Below, in pieces: positions 24,497-34,400 of a DNA stretch of 64,000 bases; position 1 is the stretch's first letter; each line of letters begins with the position of its first letter. The notes beneath the pieces are model-generated. The model did no database searches and was not told the DNA's origin. It was given only the letters and a program-made list of their open reading frames with translations. A program made the position numbers and the translations under genes. The DNA is from Octopus vulgaris (taxonomy: Eukaryota): assembly GCA_951406725.2 (NCBI GenBank), contig OX597817.1, positions 97,836,001 to 97,900,000 of the forward strand, in the 5' to 3' direction.

Positions 24497-26923
24497 ACAT
24501 TGCAAACAATGAAATGAAAAAAATTGTATAAGTAAAAGGGCATTACTACAGATGTATATGTCCCCAACTTTATTGCCTCATAACATCCTGAAAAATGAAT
24601 ACTTTTAACAAAATTTTCTACAAATACCACATAGATATTGTGGCTTCAGAATATATAGGGATTTATGGAAAGAATTTTTGCGAGGGGGTTGAGAGAGGAG
24701 TTTCAGAAAATTCACACAATCTGATTTTTTCCCCTCATAACTTTCAGGAAGATGCATATCTTTTAATGAAAATTTATACAAATCCCTTTCAAACGGCATA
24801 GATTATGATTATAAAGAAATTTGTGGGGAAAAGTTTTTCAGGGATTTTCCCCAGCCTTCAAAATGATGGGGTTGTGTGTGTGTGTGGGGGGGGGCATCTT
24901 TGTATGAAAATGTTTTGAAAACTCTTTTTTTTTACACTCCCCCTCCCTCATCATCTCAGTCCAGACCTATTTTGGCCAATTTTTTTTTCACTTCAAAACT
25001 ATGGGAAAAGCATTTTCAGTATTAAAAATTTTTTAATATTTTCAGAGGGAAAAGTGATTTAAGGGTAATTTGGCTGTTGTTTGTAGCACATCCAAAGACA
25101 ACTCTCCTCATTTCTTTATCACTCTCACATGTACTGATGTTTTTCAATATTTTTTCCCCATAAATATATTTACATGGTATAAAAAAGAAAATTTGAGAAA
25201 TTATGAATTTTTTACAACCTCAATCCCTGCCCCTGATTGTTTCTGTTTAAAAATTAAAATATTGGAGAGCTTGAGGTCATTGCTGGCATTTATCAACAGT
25301 GATATAAAAAAATTACAGAGATGTACCTGCATAGCAAGTGATTTGATCTGAGATCAAGTGCTGAAACAAAAACAATTGCAGCATGGAAGATGTTTGTAAA
25401 CCATTCAAGAACACAAATACCATTAGTTTCACTTCAACATTAAAACTTCATATGTGTCAAAATATTTTTGGCGCTTTGAAACTGCAACCTGTTCACTGAC
25501 AAAACTTCACAAAAGTGATGCAGCACAAAGTTTTGTCAGTGAACAGCACACACACACACACATTACCTTTCATTTGTGTGTATGTGTATCTAAATGTGTG
25601 CTTGAGTGTGTATTGGTGTGTGTGTCACTGTTGAAGTTGTGTTTGGAAACTGTGAATAAGGTGCAAGTTTCGAGTGCTTGTCAGTAACTCTTTGTTTTTT
25701 TTCCTTGTGTTCTAATAGTAATTACCCAACATTCTAGGCTCTTCTCACAGCTATCTGGTGTTCAAAAATTATACAGGTATTTTTAAAAATTGTCATTCAA
25801 TAAATAATGTTTTTACATTACATATACATTAATAGCGAATTAAAACTTAAAAGAGAAAGTGAGACTTAGCAAATAAAAATGGAATACTCTGCAGTGAATG
25901 GAATGAATATTTAAATTCATGAAGAATTGGACGCAGTAAATATTTAAATTTGCAAGAAATTGGTGTTTAAAAAATTCAATGAACTTGAGAAATCAAAATC
26001 ATAGGAAATTTTTTAGAACATGAATTTATAAAAATATTTCCAGGCAGTCAACTCTTTAATAATTGCTTTCTTTTAGTAATTTTTACATACCTGATTAATA
26101 AGCAGCTTTCTCCATTATAGTATAGATGACTCTGGAAAATCAATGAGGGTCATTGCCAAAAAACTTTGGAGTGAACTATCAAAAGTGTGGTGCACAAGGA
26201 CATTCAATATAAGTCATGTACTGAGGAAAGGCCAATTCATGTTTGCAAAGTCACAGGGAAACCGTTTGACCTATGCTAAGTACTTACTTAAGAAAGTTAA
26301 AAGCTATCACAGACATGGCATACTTTGACCAAGACCATATGTCTAACTAAAATAACAGATGGTTATATGCAGATCATTCTGATATCCCCAGAGTGATGCG
26401 CACTTAGTTTCCAGGGTCTTAAAATTAATGCTGCTGAATATGCTGAGGTGCTTGAGACAGTTGTTAAGACCAAGATGGATGAAGTACACAGTGGAAGGCC
26501 ATATGTGTTTCAACAAGACTCGGTGCCTTTTCACAATACCTGCATAACCCAAGAATGGATGTCAGACAACATTTATGATTTTGTAGCCTCCAAACTCACC
26601 AGATTTCATTTCCATAGACTACTGCATTTGGAGTATTTTTGAATGGGAAACTAATCAACATCTTCACAATACTTCATTGAATACTAGCATTGTCCAGCTG
26701 ATGTCCAAAATGAATTAGGACCGTTTGGTGCAGACATATCAACAATTCTAATCCTTCATTGAAGCAGTCATTGAAGTTGAAGGTGGATTCATAGAATAAT
26801 CTTATGAAAAAGCTTGTTGAGAACTTGTGCATAAATTTTTTCGAAATACATTTGATTTGTACTAGATTAGAGTTGTTTTATCAAATTACCAAAAATGTCT
26901 TCACATACTTCTCATGCCTTGTA
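23900..26923 (+). mobile_element. Tc1/mariner maT (DD37D-like) transposase relic split by a Helitron
   Basis: N-terminus MLTQELKRHVVISA (about 23970). After the insertion come KSMRVIAK, LRKGQF and GRPYVFQQDSVPFH. Joining 24190 to 26127 restores IIDDDSGKSMR. Confidence 0.8.
24191..26126 (-). mobile_element. Non-autonomous Helitron
   Basis: Minus-strand 5' TCTATACTATAA and 3' CTAG, inserted between A and T with no TSD. Removing it restores the host transposase frame. Confidence 0.75.
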
Positions 26924-28224
26924 TTAACACAGTCTTAGCCTTACAAAATTTATTAAAAACACATTTTATATATGAAAGAGAAATACAATAAAAAATTCAA
27001 ATTGGTATCTGTGAAATTGGAAATTTTAACACTTATTTCAATTCATGTTTATTTGAAGCCAGAGATGTAAAAATGTACTGATGTAGTGATGACTGGGTAT
27101 GATGTTGGGTGTTCTGAGTTTGCTTCAGGAAGTTCATGTATAGTACTTGGAAATCCTATTGCACAACTTGAATTATCATGTAAAGAGTATTTGAAGAGAC
27201 TCTGAAACTGCATTGTGGTGAATGAATGCATGTAACTTATTTCTATGGGAACTTAGAATTAATGCTGCTGAATATGCTGTAACTCATTGGAGGGATTTTG
27301 TAGACCTTGTATTATGGTTCTTTGCAAATAAGGGACAGTTGGTGATGAACTGGACATGACATGTTGGTGGCTCTGGAAAAGGTCACCACCTTTTTATGTC
27401 ATTAAAAACCACACATAATTAATCATTCTACCAGTAATTAACCTAACTGGTTGTAATTCTATAATAATCTAGAAATTCTATAATAATCTAGAAATTAAAA
27501 CATATAACACTGCATGGCTTGATGTTTATTTGCAGATGTTTTCTATGTAAGACATGTTAGGGTTGCAATCATATATTGGAGGAGTACTTTTGATTTATAA
27601 GTAAATCCTTTCTCCCATCTGTAACCACTCAATTACAGAGTGAGAGCAGTTCTTTTCAGTTTGACTGACAGAGTTCAAGATTTGGACTGGGAATTCTCAA
27701 ACACTATGTATATTTAACAGAGAAAAGTGATGGTCATTACCTAAAAAGGTCATATTCAAAATGAAGAGGTACTTCAATGGAGGTGAGCAGAGATTTCTGA
27801 GAAATAGTTTACCATTTAAATTTGTGCATCTAATGAACATGTACTTAAGTTTTGTCATGTTTTTATGCCATTGTTTGGGACCTTTGGGATGTGTATAAAG
27901 AAGTTGCCAACATAAAACAAGCAGATTAGTATGGATGTAGAAATTTGAAAATGCTCAAGAGAACCTACAACTCTATCGTATTATTTTATGCTCCAATTTA
28001 TTCTGGGTTCCACTGGACAATCAGTGGTATATGTAAAGTACAGTTTGTTCAGTAGGGGATGTGTATGACCCTTTTACTATATTGTTATTATTTAATCCCA
28101 GGTCAGCTCTGATTGAGATCTATGATGAAAGATATTCTAACTGTAATTAAAATCACCACCATTGTAAAAAAATATTTTAAAAAATGAAAAGAACTGAAAT
28201 TGAAATCTTACTTTTTAAGTTATT

Positions 28225-28249
28225 GATTTTATTTCCTGTTATTTTACAG
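28225..28249 (+). promoter_or_regulatory. Candidate splice acceptor of the zinc-finger coding exon
   Basis: Polypyrimidine tract TTTTATTTCCTGTTATTTTACAG. Alternative CAGs end at 28328 and 28375. The in-frame TAA at 28401 supports ATG 28419 as the start. Confidence 0.55.
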
Positions 28250-28418
28250 ATTTTCCTGCAAATTTGACCATTCCTGTTGTACTTTACCTGAGTTGGACTC
28301 ATTCTGATTGGATGTTATACTTTACAGAATTATACATGGCACCAATAGTGAAGTGTCCATGTATGTTACTTGCAGCTCAGGATTTTGTTGCAAGCTTAAC
28401 TAAGCTTCTTCTGATAAG

Positions 28419-31400
28419 ATGATGTTCTCCAGTTCCAAAGAGAACCAGCTGCCATTATCTGGTAATAATGGTTCGCTTAATGTCAATCAGATATCTGACA
28501 AGGGATGTTACAGCCTTAGGTCACGTCACAATTCACAAAATATTTTCAAATGTGAGATCTGTAGCAAAATCTTTGACAGCAATTCTTCCTTGGAACAACA
28601 CATGTTTTCTGTTCATCATTCTACAAATGGAGTGTTTTTATGTGAATTCTGTAGTACCAATTTTTCACAAAAGAGCAGCCTCATGCAACACAGGTGTACC
28701 CATTTAACTAATACTACTTCACAAGCCATATTAGACACAGGTTTTCCTCAAAAGATTTATCAATCACTGACAGATAATTCTAATATAAATACTGTAAAGA
28801 TGTCACAGAATTTTACCTGCGAATTCTGTCACAAAACATTTAAAACAAACTCAGCTTTGCTGATTCATAACCGCAGTCACACTGGTGAATCTCCTTATTC
28901 CTGTGAGTTTTGTGGCAAGAACTTTCGGCAGACTGCACACTTAGATGTCCATATGAGAATTCATACTGGAGAAACACCATTTAAATGTAATTATTGTAAT
29001 AAATCTTTTAACCAGAAGAACAACAGAAACAGACATGAGTTAATCCACTTAAACGGTAACATAGAACAAAATCCTACTATATCTGGAATAAACTTTGACC
29101 CAAACGCAGCCACATCCCCAATTCATACTTCCAGTGTTCCTAACACATCTCAGAGTTTCACTGTTTCTGATGTGAAAGAATCTTCTTTGACACCTTCCAT
29201 TTCAACAGATCAAAGCAGATCTAATGATTTGATTGTACAACGGACACCACAAACATCTCATATATGTCACTTATGCAACAAAACTCTTAACAGCAAATCA
29301 GCATTACAAGTGCACTACAGAACACATACAGGAGAAAGCCCATATATCTGTCATATCTGTAACCAAAGGTTCAAACAGAGTGCCCATTTGGATGCCCATT
29401 TAAGGGTGCATAGTAAGGAAACTCCTTTTAAGTGTCAATACTGTGATAAAGGATTCTCACAGAAAGGCAACAAAAATCGCCATGAGCGTACTCACTTTTT
29501 AAACAAAGAAGGAGATACTGGTAAAGTAAATACACTACTGCCATCAACCAGAGAAGTATGTCACACAAACAGTATTATTGGTTGTGAATTTGAAACTTTG
29601 CTTGATCATGAGGGAGTCAGAATTAATATAAACTACAAACAGTTTGTTAATATTGATGCAGACAATGTTTATAGTGATAAAAGTAATCTAGCTATTTGTG
29701 AGTTTTGCCAGAGCCCCATCAAAGATTGTACTTGTGCAGCTACTCACTCTTCCTCATTCCGGCAAAATACAGAACCATATCCTTTTCAGAAGACTACAGA
29801 ACAGTTTGTTTTAAGTGATAACACCAGTAGAGAGGCTGTAGAGAATCAAACAGCGGAGGCGACAAATATTCAGAAGTATAACAACTCCAGAAGTAAACTC
29901 TCAGCCCAAACAATATGTAATGACAACACATGCATGTCAGCTTCAAGTGAATTGTTAAATTCCAATACTTCATCAAGGAACCATTCATCATTTATTTGCA
30001 AAATGTGCACAAAAGAGTTTGTCACTAACATTGAACTTCAAAGGCACATGCAGTGTCATAAGGGAGTTACTGTTTGTGAATTCTGTCATAAAGATTTTAA
30101 AAGCAGCTCATCATTAGCTGTCCACAGACGGGTTCATACTGGAGAGATGCCTTATAAATGTGACTACTGTAACAAAAGCTTTAAACAAGTACCTCATCTT
30201 GATGTCCATATGAGAACTCATACAGGAGAAATGCCATTTCAGTGCCTCTATTGTGACAAAAAATTCAGTCAGAAATGCAACAGAAACCGGCATATGAATA
30301 CACATATGAATGAAGCTGCTACTGAATCAAAGGATAAGTGTGACAAGAATGAGGTATATTCTGGCAACCAGGTTGAAAAACTTCAGTCTCTAACTGAATG
30401 TACATGTGGGAATGAATTTTCAGAACCTAATAGTTTCATAACACATATATTATCACATGACAATCTACCTGATTTATTAAGTCAAAGCAATAGTCATAAT
30501 AATCACACACCTGAAATAAACTGCAATAATTCTGGGACAGCTAGTATTAAAGACAGTCAGTGTAGAGTTTGTAATGAGACATTTACAGATCAGGCTGGCT
30601 TAGACCAACATATAGCTTCATCTCATAGAAAAAACTCATTCCCTGTCTCCAAAGATAATTGTGAAACTGAAGCAAATAAAATACAGGAGAGACCTTTGGG
30701 CTTAATACCAGGTGAAATCCCTTACATATCTTCATCAGCTAATAATTCTCTTGTAGTTTTGAATAACAATATGAGTACATTAGGCCATTTAGGAAATGAA
30801 AGTTCCAAAAGTTTCCAACCAAACAATTGCAACATTGAAGTTCAGTCAAGGTCACAATCTGGGGAATTGCTTTATGAAGCTGGTTACATAGAAAATTCTC
30901 AAAACAAAGAATCCAAAACAAATAATTGGATTGAAGCAGCAAGCTTAAAAACCAGTGAGCATAGTATTTCAACAAATTTTGTTTCCAATGATATGAGCTA
31001 TACCCCTGTTGAAAGACTTGGAACTCATGACTGTCAGATCTGTAATTCAAAGTTTACTAATTATACAAGTTTTATGGATCACCAAAACTCTCATAATAAC
31101 TGTATAGAGATGATGAGAAAATCTCAATCAGCTTCTGATGAATTTATTCATAATAATAGCAACTTCTCTGACAGAGGTGTTTTCAAATGTGAGCTTTGTG
31201 GGAAGTTTTTTCCTGACATTGCGAGCCTCCATTATCATCAACAGGTCAAACATTCACAAGAGGTTATTGCCAGGAATAATTTTAATCAACCTAGATCTTG
31301 TCATCAACTTGAGAATGGTGATTTTGAAGAAAGAGACAACTCCTTCACATCTAGTCCCAGCAACAAAGGACATTTAATAACAGGAAGCACCAACATAACT

Positions 31401-34400
31401 TCAAGTAATAAAGAAGATTTGGCAGGTATTAACAACAAACTTTTCAGTTGTAAAACATGTAACTTCCATTTTAATTCCCAGCAAGACTTGATTAAACATA
31501 AATTGTGTCACACTGTTTCAACTAATCATTCAGTAAAGTGTAATCAGGATATGACTGCAGCTTTAACTCCATCAAATACATGTGCTGCAGTGGCTGACCA
31601 AATGAATAAATCAGATTCTCCTTTGGTTTCCACCAATTCAAACATATGTGAATTTTGTAAGAAAGATTTCCGTAACCACTCTGCCTTGGTGATCCATCGA
31701 CGAATACACACAGGAGAAATGCCATTCCAATGTGAATACTGTCATCGTGGTTTTAGGCAAGTTGCTCACCTTGATGTACATTTACGTATACACACTGGGG
31801 AGACACCTTATAAATGTGCATTTTGTAGTAAGAAGTTCAGTCAAAACTGCAACCGAATAAGACACCAGAAGATTCACCTGCAACCACAAAATTTAGATGG
31901 TAGTTATGAGCAGTCAGCTAGCCACCAGGCTGGAGATCATATATACAATTGTGAATTTTGTATTTCAAAGTTCAGCAACTATGAAGAGTTTTTAGATCAT
32001 CTTAACTGCCATAACACTCCTTGCTTACAAGATGGACAACCAGAAGAATATAAGAAAAAACGAAAATTGCAGTCTGTTTCACAGAGTTTCTATTCTGAAA
32101 ATGGAACTCCTGAAGATTGGAACTGTTGTGAGAGAGGTTTGACTGGATCTAATAATAAACGTAAACAGTGTAATCCACATTCAGTAAATGCTGGTGAGTG
32201 TAACCTACAGATGGGAAGTAATTGTGACAAGACCCCTTTAAATGGGTGTAGTGTATCAGATTGTGAAAATAATGGTGGTTACTTTGTGAAAAACTGCCAG
32301 AATAGTCTGAAAGTTATTGGGAATAATGAATGTGAGTTATGTAGTGTACAGTTTGTGAATAAAGATGAACTTAATGTACACCAAGTGTCTCATCATATGG
32401 ACCAGCCTTCAACAATGTTTAGCAATAGAAATTCTACCCACTGTCAGTCCAGCATGAATTTATTGAAAGATTCTGCTGGTCAAGGCCCATCTGAGAAGAG
32501 TTGTGAGTTTTGCCAGAAGACATTCAATAGTACTTCAGCTCTCATTACACATCGACGTGTACATACAGGAGAGACTCCTTACAAGTGTAGTTTTTGTCAA
32601 AAAAGCTTTAAACAAGCAGCACACAGAGATGTTCATATGAGAATACATACGGGTGAGACACCATACAAGTGCCAGTATTGTGACAGAAGTTTTTCTCAGA
32701 ACAACAACAGACTTCGGCATGAAAAAACTCATCAGTTAGACAACAATACTACTACACAATCCAATGAAAATTCTCCAAGGGCTGAGCTCCAGAATGACAG
32801 CAATGGGGCAACTGGTTCATCAGCTGAGCAAAATGGTGCATTATGTTTTACTTGTCCAGTATGTGGAGCACTGTTTGAAAATGGTTTGGACCTCACTGAT
32901 CACCAAACAATTTGTTTCGCAGCTAATGATAAACTTGCACATAATGATGTAGATGTACCAAATTGTTCTGTAAGTCTAGTATTAGAAACAGATTCTTTCC
33001 CTAATGATGACTTGCAGCACATACCAAGTTTATCTTCAGACAATAACTACAGTCTTAAAGAAGCAGACAAGTCTAGTTACTCAGATAAAAATGTAAGTCA
33101 ACCAAGTGAAATATTTTTCAGTTGTCATTCTTGTGGAATTAAATTCAGAACTGAGTCTGTTTTAAATAAACATCAGAAGTTGTGTAAAGGTTCTTCAAGA
33201 CTGGTTCCTGTAGCAACAGATGATATTGGCCTAATTTCTACTGTCATGTCTGAAGATGGATCTTCACATTTTACATTAAAAAATAATGTTGAACCATCAA
33301 AAGCTAAGCAACATGATGCAACAGTAGATCTGTTTCCATGCAACATTTGTGGTGAAGAATTTACTCTTGCCATACATCTTAATTGTCACATGGCTACACA
33401 TTCAGAGCAAAAAGAATTTACTGATCATGTTACTAAGCAAAATAAACCAAGAGCACTTTCAATAAACCTTGAAGAACCTTCTTTGCATATGACTGTTGAA
33501 GAATTTGGGAATTGTTCTGAAGATGAAGGTCTTGCTACTCCTCAACCTGACTGTAGTGGTCATCTGGAGAATGGGGAAGACAGTGACAATGTTGCAGAGA
33601 GGGAAGACAATGATGAAGAGCAAAAAGACAGTTCAAAACAAACTCACTTTAAGTATAAGAAGAATTCACAAATATTAGATTTTGAAAATTTGATAAAAAA
33701 AGAAATTCTTCTTGAAGATTATGAAAACCCTTTACATCAACTAAAAAAAACTTTTATTACAAAAGACAGTTCTAAAGACACAGAAAATCCTTGTGGTATT
33801 GATACTGCTATGGAAACAACATCAACTTGCTTGCCTGATGCAGATCGAACAGGATACTTTTGTCATCAATGTAACATAGAGTTTACTAATGAAGAAAAAC
33901 TACATCAACACAGGATATCTGTTCATGAGGAAGCTAAAGAAAATTATGAAGTTGTGACTGGTGCAGAGCTATTATCTACACTATGTAATCGGGGGGATGG
34001 AAACCTGCTTCTTGACCAACATATATGTGAATTTTGTGAGAAAGGATTCAACAGTAGCTCTGCACTGCATGTTCATCGTAGAATTCACACTGGGGAATCT
34101 CCCTACAAATGCCACCTCTGCAATCGGAGATTTAAACAGAATATTCATCTCAATGTCCATTTGCGAACGCATACAGGAGAAACTCCTTATCACTGTCAAT
34201 TTTGTGACAAAAAATTTACACAAAACAGTAACCAAATTCGTCATCAACGTATGCATCTAGCTGATATTACCACAGTGGATAGTTCAGCTGTTGTGGACAA
34301 TATTACTCCATCTGAAAATAATGTGTCACTTGAACCAAACTCTGATTCTAGAAACAGAGATTCTTCAGATGACCATGAGCTTATGACTAATAGTGAACAG

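Noticed and set aside
25488-25546. Hairpin CTGTTCACTGACAAAACTT...AAGTTTTGTCAGTGAACAG as a miRNA or ribozyme
   Set aside because: It lies in repeat-derived sequence within a Helitron, has no canonical ribozyme core, and there is no evidence of processing.
27458-27496. 19-bp tandem duplication TTCTATAATAATCTAGAAA
   Set aside because: It is an ordinary slippage duplication.
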